A DNA stretch of 40,192 bases, from contig MHFG01000003.1 of the NCBI GenBank assembly GCA_001804065.1, positions 1 to 40,192 on the forward strand. Direction: 5' to 3'. Source of the stretch: Omnitrophica bacterium RIFCSPHIGHO2_02_FULL_46_20. GTDB lineage: Bacteria; Omnitrophota; Gorgyraeia; 2-01-FULL-45-10. Each line of letters starts with the position of its first letter. Positions within the stretch are counted from its first letter, which is position 1. The position numbers and the translations under genes were made by a program. The notes under the pieces are model-generated. The model was not told where the DNA came from. It saw only the letters and a program-made list of their open reading frames with translations, and ran no database searches. Below, piece after piece: positions 19,479 through 27,249 of this stretch.

Positions 19479-20652
19479 AACGTAACGCCTCTACAGCATC
19501 TAATCTCGATGCTTTCCGCGCCGGATAAAGCGTTGCAATCAAGCTTATCAAAAAACTGCATACTACAATCAATGAAACATCCGATAACTCCAATTTTACG
19601 GGGAGTTTATCTATATAATATATATCCTGCGGCAAAGTAATAAACTTGTAAGTCTTAAGACACCAGCACAAGACCAAGCCTAAAAATGTCCCTAACGCGG
19701 TTCCCAGAAATCCTATTAAGCTTCCTTCGATCGCGAATACTATCATAACATTAAAATTTGACGCGCCTATCGCTTTTAAAATTCCTATATCCTTTGTCTT
19801 CTCCAACACCGTCATTATAAGGGTGCTTGCTATATTCAGGCAGGCTACTATAACTATCAAAGTCAATATTAAAAACATCACTGTCTTTTCCAATTTTAGC
19901 GCCGCAAGAAGATTCTTGTTCAAATCCATCCAGGTTCTCACGGTAAATGGCTCCCCCATTTTCTTCAATAGTTCTTTCTTGATCGCAGGCGCGTCGAACG
20001 CATCATCGACTTTTATGGCAATGCCGCTTACTATGCCGGGCGCGGCGAACAATTCCTGAGCTTTTTTTACATCGATGTATACAAGGTTCATGTCGTATTC
20101 ATACATACCTGATGTAAATATGCCTTTCACCTTCAAGGTCTTTCCTTCGGTATCCGATGAAGATACAAGAGAGATATTATCGCCGAGTTTTAATCTTAGT
20201 CTTGACGCGAGCTCGCTCCCAACTACTACGCCGTCTTCGCCTAAATCCAACGAACCATTGGTGACATAAGACCTTATCTTGCTTACCATTCCCTCGTTTT
20301 TTGGCTCAATGCCTTTGACTATAACGCCTGTTACATTTTCATCTTTCCGGATAAGGGCCTGGCCATGAAGATAAAACGATGCGAATAATACATGAGGAGT
20401 TGATAGAACTTTTGCAAGAAACTCGGCTGAAGGCGTTACCCCGTAGTCTGATTCGATGACCACGTGCGCGTTCGTTCCGATAATCTTTTCTTTTAAGTCA
20501 TTATCGAACCCGCTCATTACCGCGATTACTACTATGAGCGCCGCCACCCCCACGGCAATACCAAGTATCGCTATTAAGCTTATTACGGATATGAATTTTT
20601 CTTTATGTTTTGAAGTGAGGTATCTAAAAGCTACAAAAAGCTGCCAGTTCAC
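19471..20652 (-). CDS. lolC: LolC/E-type (FtsX/MacB family) permease; GTG 20652 preferred over ATG 20706
   Basis: From the GTG the protein starts VNWQLFVAFRYLTSKHK, the usual LolC N-terminus. It also has a periplasmic domain and 3 C-terminal TM helices. The ATG at 20706 would add 18 atypical residues read through a palindromic repeat. Confidence 0.75.
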   Translation of the reverse strand: MNWQLFVAFRYLTSKHKEKFISVISLIAILGIAVGVAALIVVIAVMSGFDNDLKEKIIGTNAHVVIESDYGVTPSAEFLAKVLSTPHVLFASFYLHGQALIRKDENVTGVIVKGIEPKNEGMVSKIRSYVTNGSLDLGEDGVVVGSELASRLRLKLGDNISLVSSSDTEGKTLKVKGIFTSGMYEYDMNLVYIDVKKAQELFAAPGIVSGIAIKVDDAFDAPAIKKELLKKMGEPFTVRTWMDLNKNLLAALKLEKTVMFLILTLIVIVACLNIASTLIMTVLEKTKDIGILKAIGASNFNVMIVFAIEGSLIGFLGTALGTFLGLVLCWCLKTYKFITLPQDIYYIDKLPVKLELSDVSLIVVCSFLISLIATLYPARKASRLDAVEALRYE

Positions 20653-20701
20653 CCCGCACCTTCTTCCTTTGATTGCCGAATTATAGAAGGTGCGGGATTC
20701 A
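20650..20701 (-). promoter_or_regulatory. stop-abutting hairpin that buries the lolC SD and GTG
   Basis: Minus-strand arms 20698-20685 and 20664-20651 pair over 14 bp (one GU). The element shares an exact 20-mer (20648-20667 = 6908-6927) with the cysE-cysS element. Confidence 0.4.
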
Positions 20702-22153
20702 TTCAATATTTTCAGGTTTTAGCTGTGGGAAAAGGATAACGTCCCTTATGGACGGTGAATTCGTAAGTATCATTACGAGCCTGTCTATACCTATGCCTAA
20801 TCCACCCGCAGGCGGCATTCCGTATTCGAGGGCACGGATAAAGTCCGCGTCTATTTTGTCCTTTTTGTCTTTGAGGCCCTTTATGTCTTCTTCGAATCTA
20901 TCCTGTTGTTCCATGGGGTCGTTAAGCTCCGAATAAGCATTTGCTATCTCCATGCCGCCAATATATAATTCGAAACGATCTGTGAGCAGCGGCTTATCTT
21001 TTTTAGTCTTAGCGAGCGGACACATCTCCTTGAATATATCGATGACAAAGACAGGGTGGTTGTGCGCCTTCGGTTCGATCAACTCCCCGACTATATTTAT
21101 AACCTGCGTCCTGGATAGCTCTTTACCCTCTATCTCAACGCCTTTCTTCTTCAATTTTTTGATCCATTCTTCAGGGCTTTCTTCAGGCGTAATGCCGAAC
21201 TGCTCTTTCATCAGGTCCGCGAATGATACCCTCTCCCACTTTGAAAGGTCCACGGTCTTCCCCTGATACTCGAAAGTAGTTTTTCCAAAAATCTTTTGCG
21301 CTAAGCTGGTTATCAGATCTTCGGTCAACTTCATCATGCCGGCGCAATCCGAATAGGCTTCGTAAACTTCGAGCATCGTAAATTCAGGGTTATGCCTTGT
21401 GGATATGCCTTCGTTTCTGAAACTCTTGTTAATTTCATAAACCTTATCTAAGCCGCCAACCAATAATCTCTTTAAATATAGTTCTGGAGCAATCCTTAAA
21501 TAGAGGTCTATGTCTAACGCTTCATGGTGGGTCTTGAAAGGCTTGCCTGCCGCCCCGCCGGGCATCGAGTGCATCATGGGTGTCTCTACTTCTAAAAATC
21601 CTTTTGCGTCTAAAAGAGCGCGTATCTCGCTCACAACCTTGGAGCGGGTAATGAAGACTTTTTTTACGCCTTCATTCATTACAAGGTCCACGTAACGCTG
21701 CCTGTATCTCGTCTCAACGTCTTTTAAGCCGTGCCATTTCTCAGGAAGAGGCCGTAATGACTTTGAAAGCATCTCAATCTTAGTTACTTTTAATGACGGC
21801 TCCCCCGTCCTTGTCTTGAATGTCTCGCCGCCTACGCCTACAAAATCGCCTATATCAAGATTACTCGATAGGTCGAAAGTCTCCACGCCTACAATATCGG
21901 ATTTTACATAAAGCTGAATCTTGCCTGTTGAATCTTTCAGGTCATAGAACTTGGCCTTGCCATGTTCACGGCATGCCATGATCCTGCCTGCTAAATTTAC
22001 GGCTTTGCCTTCGGCGAAATTATCTGTAAGCTCTTTTATGAAAGAACTTGTATCAAACCTTCCGCCATAAGCATAGATACCCTTCTTATTTATAGCGTCA
22101 AGTTTCGCTTTTCGCTGCTTTATAAGTTCGTTTTCCTCGTGTTCAATAGTCAT
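20699..22153 (-). CDS. lysS: lysine--tRNA ligase (class II)
   Basis: N-terminal OB anticodon-binding domain and a class II core (FRNEGISTRHNPEFTMLE, GGLGIGIDRLVMIL). Confidence 0.95.
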   Translation of the reverse strand: MTIEHEENELIKQRKAKLDAINKKGIYAYGGRFDTSSFIKELTDNFAEGKAVNLAGRIMACREHGKAKFYDLKDSTGKIQLYVKSDIVGVETFDLSSNLDIGDFVGVGGETFKTRTGEPSLKVTKIEMLSKSLRPLPEKWHGLKDVETRYRQRYVDLVMNEGVKKVFITRSKVVSEIRALLDAKGFLEVETPMMHSMPGGAAGKPFKTHHEALDIDLYLRIAPELYLKRLLVGGLDKVYEINKSFRNEGISTRHNPEFTMLEVYEAYSDCAGMMKLTEDLITSLAQKIFGKTTFEYQGKTVDLSKWERVSFADLMKEQFGITPEESPEEWIKKLKKKGVEIEGKELSRTQVINIVGELIEPKAHNHPVFVIDIFKEMCPLAKTKKDKPLLTDRFELYIGGMEIANAYSELNDPMEQQDRFEEDIKGLKDKKDKIDADFIRALEYGMPPAGGLGIGIDRLVMILTNSPSIRDVILFPQLKPENIE

Positions 22154-22175
22154 ATTCCTATACCTTTTTGAGATT

Positions 22176-22204
22176 ATTATATATTAATATCCTTCCACGG
22201 TCAA
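22176..22204 (-). promoter_or_regulatory. candidate sigma70-type promoter for lysS
   Basis: Minus strand TTGACC (22204-22199), 17 nt spacer, TATAAT (22181-22176), about 20 nt upstream of the lysS ATG. Confidence 0.4.
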
Positions 22205-22327
22205 TACCATTCACCTCGTCGGCGCGACTACGCATCTATTCCCACAGGTTGCTTTTATGGTGGCGCACTGCTATAGCTATATCTGCATTTCAAACCCGGT
22301 TCTGCCAACCGTATGAGTAGGTTGAGT

Positions 22328-23014
22328 AGGTGACAGTCACTTTTTGGGACACCCATTTTGAGGCATTGCGAATCTTTTTAATTTACCGATGAATAAGGTA
22401 GAGCCTATAGCAGGGGAACGACTAAGCAAATCTTTGGCTAGATCTGATGCATAGTCAATCGAGGCATATTGGCTAGAGGTGAATTTTTTTTCGTAATCAT
22501 CTAAAATAGTATCGGTTATTCCTGAATGATGTTTTCGATAGCTGCTGAATATATAATCCACAGGGTTAGTGCAAATTCCTGCTCGAACCGGGTTATATTC
22601 TATATACATACCACAATTGTATAAATAATCTTCATTTTCAATAGGTATGCTTGTATATCGCTCCTGCCACAAAGGGCCCCTGCCGCCATATTTTCTTTTG
22701 CACCACAAAGTATAAAACCATTTTAAATATGCTAACCCCTGCGAAAGCATTTTATGGGAAAGTGCTTGTACTATGAAATGAAAATGGGTATTCATGATTA
22801 CATAGTGAAACAGGTGAAAGGGGTATCGTTTTTTTGCTGCATGTGCAAGTTTCAAGAAGTGAATGAAATCTTTATCGTCCCTCAATATATGTGTATCGTT
22901 TAGCGAGCGAGATATTATATGATAGAAACCGTTCTCTTCAATAAATCGTGCTATTCGTGGCATGATATCCTTTCATTGCTAAAAAATGCATGTCCCAAAA
23001 AGTGACTGTCACCT
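22328..23014. mobile_element. compact RAYT/IS200-like unit bounded by perfect 24-bp inverted repeats
   Basis: AGGTGACAGTCACTTTTTGGGACA at 22328-22351 is the exact reverse complement of 22991-23014. Each copy contains the palindrome GTGAC-N-GTCAC. Confidence 0.6.
22337..22963 (-). CDS. HUH Y1 transposase, IS200-like / REP-associated tyrosine transposase (RAYT) type
   Basis: YHIISRS, HUH motif NTHFHFIV, and a catalytic-Tyr region YIEYNPVRAGI, in the COG1943 pattern. The last 5 codons lie inside the left inverted repeat. Confidence 0.8.
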   Translation of the reverse strand: MPRIARFIEENGFYHIISRSLNDTHILRDDKDFIHFLKLAHAAKKRYPFHLFHYVIMNTHFHFIVQALSHKMLSQGLAYLKWFYTLWCKRKYGGRGPLWQERYTSIPIENEDYLYNCGMYIEYNPVRAGICTNPVDYIFSSYRKHHSGITDTILDDYEKKFTSSQYASIDYASDLAKDLLSRSPAIGSTLFIGKLKRFAMPQNGCPKK

Positions 23015-23098
23015 TTGGACCTCACCTTTGGACCCAAAACAAACATCCCCGCAGGTTATTTCGAGTTAGAGCCGATCTATCATATCGATGATTGAGGC

Positions 23099-23590
23099 CT
23101 ATCCCCACAAATTTCTATCCAAGCTCCTATATGAAATCGCCTCGGAGACATGATGCGCCTCTACTATTTCTTTCCCATCCAAGTCCGCGATCGTTCGGCT
23201 CACCTTCAGGATCTTGTCGTAAGCCCGAGCCGATATGCCCAGTTCCAGAATAGCTAATTTCAATAACTCTTCGGCCTCCTTATCCAGAACGGAATACTTT
23301 TCCAGTTCCTTAGACTCCAGGTGAGCGTTGAATAATACGCCTTCATCTTTATAACGGCTTTTCTGGACTTCGCGGGCTTTATCTACGCGTTTTCTTATCT
23401 CTTCAGATGGCTCGCCGCGGCGCTTGTCTGTCAGGTGTTCATATTTCAGCCTCGGAACTTCGAGATGCATATCTATTCTGTCTAAGAGCGGCCCCGATAT
23501 CTTGGAAAGATACGACTGTATCTGAAAAGGCGTGCAGTGGCATTCTCTTTTAGGATCCGTAAAATAACCGCACGGGCAAGCGTTCGTTAG
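23099..23590 (-). pseudogene. comM: 3' fragment (163 codons) of comM/yifB Mg-chelatase-like AAA+ gene, truncated by element insertion
   Basis: The frame is open from 23590: LTNACPCGYFTDPKRECHCTPFQIQSYLSKISGPLLDRIDMHLEVP...ISARAYDKILKVSRTIADLDG. The N-terminal ~2/3 (Lon-like and AAA+ domains) is absent, and an in-frame stop lies at 23593-23591. Confidence 0.85.
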
Positions 23591-23633
23591 TTACTTATTA
23601 CCACATATAATATGATGATAAGCTAATACACTA

Positions 23634-25088
23634 TTACAGTTCATACAGATCGATTTCTATCTCTCCGGTCTTGCTTACAACTATGCTCTTTATTATTTGC
23701 CTCATTATTGCCTTCTTATCAATATCGGATAGCGAGAATATGTCGCCGTTCAGCTTATTTACCCTTTCAAGGACTGCGCCTCTTTCCTGCTTCTCTTTAG
23801 GATCGTTTTCCGCAATTAGGATTTGGCGCTGATTTTCAGCGTCCTCAAGCTCTAATGTGAACCTGTCCATCTTACTTACAACAAGATCCCTCGGAAGCGA
23901 TCCTTCAGCAAGCGCGTCTATAAGCCTTACTCGATGTGCTTTTATGCCTCTAATAGTGTTCTCAACTCTCTTCAGATGTTCCTGTGGGTTTTTCTTTGGG
24001 ATATCCTTCGCTTCTTGTTCTTCGAATTTCAGTTTAGCTTCTTTCCTGACTTGCTCAAGGACTTGCTGCTCCAAATACGCTTTAGGAATCTTTTTCCTCT
24101 TACAAGTTCCCTTGCTTTGATAATTGTGGCAAACATAATATGGATATAGTTTAACGCCATCCTTTGTCTTTTTGGGTTGCGTATATGTAACTATAGATCC
24201 GCCGCACTCGCATCTAACAAGTTCGGACAGAATATAATCTACCGGATACTTGCGATCTCGTCTTTCGTGGGGCTTGTTCTTGATAAGATATCGCACTCTG
24301 TTAAATTGCTCTTCGGTTATTATGGCTTCATGCCGCGCCTGAAATACAGAAGCGTCCTTACGGATCGTCTTTGATCCACCCGCCCTTTTCCCGTAGGATT
24401 GCTTGCCTATATACACCACATTAGTCAATAACCTCTTAACTGTGCTTTGTGCGAAGGTAGTGCCGCGTTTAGTCCTATATCCAAGAGCGTTTAATTTACG
24501 AGTTACACCCCGGAAGAAGGGATCGTCCTCAAAACTGTCATATATTAACTTAATTATGGCGGATTCAGTTGGATTGATGATAAGGCACTTGTCCTTGATA
24601 TCGTAGCCGTAAGGGGGCTGGCCGCCGCAAAAGTCGCCTTTTTCAGCCTTCGCCCACATAGCGTCAGAAACACGATCAGCGGTTTGTTCTCGTTCCCACT
24701 CCGCGAGAGAAGCCAATATCGTCAGGGTTAATCTTCCTGTCGGGGTAGTTGTATCAAACTTTTCAGATAACGAAATAATTTCTATGGTGTGTTTATTGCA
24801 GAGATCTACAAACTCAAGGAATCCTACTGTGTTGCGGGCAATTCTATCTCCCTTATAAACCATTACCACATCGATCGCATCATTCTCTATATCGGATAAA
24901 AGGCGCTTAAATGAAGGGCGATTATAGTCCTTGGCAGAATATCCGTCATCGGGATAATGTCTTATATTAGAAAACTTACGATGTTTAGCCTCGTCCTCAA
25001 GCCATTTCTTCTGCCGGGGAACGGAGAAACCCTTATCCCGTTGCATATCGGTAGAACACCTTGAGTATAAGGCTTGAATTTTAGCCAT
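23634..25088 (-). CDS. large serine recombinase (integrase)
   Basis: N-terminal resolvase domain (ALYSRCSTDMQ, VMVYKGDRIARN), a recombinase domain, a Zn-ribbon (CECGG...YYVCHNYQSKGTCKRKK) and a C-terminal coiled coil. Confidence 0.9.
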   Translation of the reverse strand: MAKIQALYSRCSTDMQRDKGFSVPRQKKWLEDEAKHRKFSNIRHYPDDGYSAKDYNRPSFKRLLSDIENDAIDVVMVYKGDRIARNTVGFLEFVDLCNKHTIEIISLSEKFDTTTPTGRLTLTILASLAEWEREQTADRVSDAMWAKAEKGDFCGGQPPYGYDIKDKCLIINPTESAIIKLIYDSFEDDPFFRGVTRKLNALGYRTKRGTTFAQSTVKRLLTNVVYIGKQSYGKRAGGSKTIRKDASVFQARHEAIITEEQFNRVRYLIKNKPHERRDRKYPVDYILSELVRCECGGSIVTYTQPKKTKDGVKLYPYYVCHNYQSKGTCKRKKIPKAYLEQQVLEQVRKEAKLKFEEQEAKDIPKKNPQEHLKRVENTIRGIKAHRVRLIDALAEGSLPRDLVVSKMDRFTLELEDAENQRQILIAENDPKEKQERGAVLERVNKLNGDIFSLSDIDKKAIMRQIIKSIVVSKTGEIEIDLYEL

Positions 25089-25206
25089 TCTTTAATAGTA
25101 CTTCCAATATCTTCTGTCTGCGTCTTTTCTTTTCTTCATCTGAAACCTTAATCATCGTAACCTTTACATTTAATTTGTTTGTAGATTGTGTTGGTGTCGG
25201 TGTCAT
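25081..25206 (-). CDS. 41-codon ORF, possible ribbon-helix-helix protein / recombination accessory factor
   Basis: Hand translation gives MTPTPTQSTNKLNVKVTMIKVSDEEKKRRRQKILEVLLKNG. AAGGAGG lies 6-7 nt upstream, the ATG is 1 nt after the resolvase stop, and the TAA overlaps the LSR start (ATGGCTAA). It is below the ORF-track size cutoff. Confidence 0.4.
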   Translation of the reverse strand: MTPTPTQSTNKLNVKVTMIKVSDEEKKRRRQKILEVLLKNG

Positions 25207-25207
25207 C

Positions 25208-25738
25208 TTATGCCTCCTTGTTTGCGTATCTCGCGAAATATCCGCTCTTCCTGCGATCCTTCGTATCTTTCTGGCCTAATGGCCTGCCAAGTTGCTTACC
25301 CTCCGCCCTAGCGCGATCCAGGCCAAGCATCGTCCTTTCCCGGATGATGTCGCGCTCAAATTCTGAAAACGCTGCGAAGATGTGGAATGTAAGCCTGCCG
25401 GCCGCACTTGACAGGTCTATGTTGTCCTTCAAGGAAACGAACGCTACCTCTTTGTCTATAAGCTCCTTAACCTCCAGGATCATCTCTGATAGGCTGCGCG
25501 CCCACCTCGATAGTTGCCACACAATAACGCCGTCAAACTCCTTGTGTCGTAGGCACTGCATTAAAGCCGCCTTGATGGGCCGGGTGTTGCGCGTTGACTC
25601 GGTTTCCTCGAAGATCTCAAACTCATACCCCATACGCTCGGCATATTCCACAAGCGCTATTCGTTGGTTCTCCGGGTGCTGATCCCGTGTGCTGACGCGG
25701 CAGTACAGGGCAAACCTCAACTTCTTCTCTTCACTCAT
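25208..25738 (-). CDS. small serine recombinase (resolvase/invertase catalytic domain, no C-terminal HTH)
   Basis: FALYCRVSTRDQ catalytic Ser and the SEFERDIIRERT E-helix. It ends in a short basic tail (GRPLGQKDTKDRRKSGYFARY). ATG 25738 is preferred (AAGGAG 7 nt upstream) over ORF-track start 25762. Confidence 0.85.
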   Translation of the reverse strand: MSEEKKLRFALYCRVSTRDQHPENQRIALVEYAERMGYEFEIFEETESTRNTRPIKAALMQCLRHKEFDGVIVWQLSRWARSLSEMILEVKELIDKEVAFVSLKDNIDLSSAAGRLTFHIFAAFSEFERDIIRERTMLGLDRARAEGKQLGRPLGQKDTKDRRKSGYFARYANKEA

Positions 25739-25755
25739 ACGCTCACTCCTTTCTT

Positions 25756-25995
25756 TTACCATACATCGCCATGCTTTCTTAAACGCTCTGCTTCCTCATC
25801 AAATCCAGCTGGGAACAATTCATCCACACTGACATCTAACACCTTGGCGATCTTGTGTCTTAGATCTGCAGGACACCTGCGTCGACCCGTGGCATAATTT
25901 GAGAGTTCTTGCTCACTTATACCTATAAGCTGCGCGAGCCTCCAGTTTCTTATCCCAGTCTTTACTATCCCGAGTTTTAATGCCGTAACTTCCAT
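25756..25995 (-). CDS. XRE-family helix-turn-helix regulator
   Basis: WRLAQLIGISEQELSNYATGRRRCPADLRHKIAKVLDVSVDELF fits an HTH_3-type pattern. Confidence 0.8.
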   Translation of the reverse strand: MEVTALKLGIVKTGIRNWRLAQLIGISEQELSNYATGRRRCPADLRHKIAKVLDVSVDELFPAGFDEEAERLRKHGDVW

Positions 25996-26045
25996 ACAGG
26001 CCCTCTTTTACTATTTGTTATATGAACGATAGGGTAAAAAAATAT

Positions 26046-26144
26046 TCATCTTTAATTTTACTACCACTAAAGATACGTATGCTTTAAAAAAGACACTCAT
26101 CTTTAGTGCCACTAAAAGTATATCATATTTGAAAATTTTGTCAA
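26046..26144 (-). promoter_or_regulatory. near-consensus promoter with operator palindromes for the XRE-recombinase operon
   Basis: Minus strand TTGACA (26144-26139), 16 nt spacer, TATACT (26122-26117). CACTAAAG half-sites lie at 26065-26074, 26099-26108 (inverted) and 26110-18, and TCATCTTTA is repeated at 26046 and 26097. Confidence 0.5.
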
Positions 26145-26178
26145 GCTTTTTATATTTTTTGTTCTCCTACTAATTTTA

Positions 26179-26724
26179 TTAGTATTTTAACTTACTCGAC
26201 AAAGGACTCATTACTATTTTAAGCAAATCGTCTTCAGAATATTTTTGAAGCAACCCTCTATCGACCTTAACTAATGTATTAAGCCCTTTCTTAAATGCTG
26301 CTGTATATTCTCGTATATATCCGACCGCCTCTCGTCCTCTCTTTCCAGAGGAAATCAAAGCTTTTCCTGACCATATGAAATAACAATAAATTAAATACCT
26401 TACTTTTTCGATCCCCATTTCTTTTATTAACACTGCAACTAATTCCGTTTTTAAATGAAAAATCCCACGTAAAATATCGACAATAAACATTGTCTCAACG
26501 AGATCATCTATATCGTAAGATTTAAATTTGCTATTAGGTAGCCGTTCTGGTTCTGGCAAGATTCCGAGTCGCCTGTAATAATATAATCCGTTATAGGTAA
26601 TGTCATAGCCGGATTCTTTAAGTAAGCGTTCGGCACCTTTGAGAAACACATGGTTTTGAGGTAATAAAGGGGTTTCTTTAGTCATAGTAAAACTAAGTGT
26701 ACCATACATGTTTACACAATACAA
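26179..26724 (-). CDS. hypothetical protein with MerR-like HTH (start uncertain)
   Basis: LKGAERLLKESGYDITYNGLYYYRRLGILPEPER resembles the MerR-type HTH/wing. The rest is unrecognised. Confidence 0.4.
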   Translation of the reverse strand: MYCVNMYGTLSFTMTKETPLLPQNHVFLKGAERLLKESGYDITYNGLYYYRRLGILPEPERLPNSKFKSYDIDDLVETMFIVDILRGIFHLKTELVAVLIKEMGIEKVRYLIYCYFIWSGKALISSGKRGREAVGYIREYTAAFKKGLNTLVKVDRGLLQKYSEDDLLKIVMSPLSSKLKY

Positions 26725-26849
26725 GCGTTGTACATATCACCATTGTTTCTTACTATCACTGCCTCATTAGGGATTATGCTTGAATTAACTTCCCTCACAT
26801 TTTCTTATTTGTAATGCCCGCTATGCCCTCTTATGGGACATAGAAGCAT

Positions 26850-27113
26850 TCATTTTCTTTTTACCGCATTTTTAATACGGATTTTGACAGATCGAATTAA
26901 GTCAATAAAAGCACTGCGAAATACTTGAAACCAACATAATGCGAATATTATTAAGAAAATTATACTTATTATAAAAACAATCTTATTAAATACGTATTCA
27001 AGTATACTATTCTCTATTGGCCTTACCGACATACCTACCAATAAAGATAATGCCACAATAGTAATAGCCACTAAAATATCTTTAAATCTTGTTGGGGGGT
27101 CTTTTATGAGCAT
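26850..27113 (-). CDS. small two-TM membrane protein
   Basis: Two hydrophobic helices and a basic tail. It is preceded by the conserved 80-nt leader element. Confidence 0.5.
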   Translation of the reverse strand: MLIKDPPTRFKDILVAITIVALSLLVGMSVRPIENSILEYVFNKIVFIISIIFLIIFALCWFQVFRSAFIDLIRSVKIRIKNAVKRK

Positions 27114-27130
27114 CTTATTTTTTTATCATT

Positions 27131-27210
27131 GTCGGTATTATGTTTAACTAAATCTATGCTTACCCCTCGCCCGTCGGCGTTCGTGTCTCTACGGGCTTAT
27201 AATAAAGGCT
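27131..27210 (-). repeat. conserved ~80-nt leader element, copy 1
   Basis: Aligns by eye with 28322-28402 at roughly 75-80% identity. It lies 15-25 nt upstream of a membrane-protein start codon. Confidence 0.6.
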
Positions 27211-27249
27211 TTTATTCATGTAATATCATTTTCTTCCTAAAATCTCTAT

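Noticed and set aside
20653-20706. ATG 20706 as the lolC start (ORF-track model, 8-nt overlap with lysS)
   Set aside because: It adds 18 residues (MNESRTFYNSAIKGRRCG) that are untypical for LolC and are read straight through the palindromic repeat shared with the non-coding cysE-cysS spacer. GTG 20652 gives a canonical N-terminus. This is not excluded, only disfavoured.
22255-22312. tRNA-like or T-box-like look of GGTGGCGCACTGCTATAGC...TTCAAACCCGGTTCTGCCAACC between lysS and the RAYT unit
   Set aside because: At about 55 nt it is too short for a tRNA, and I could not draw a cloverleaf with a proper D or anticodon arm. The GGTGGCGC resemblance to a T-box core is on the wrong strand for lysS. 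It may be a relic, but that is not supportable.
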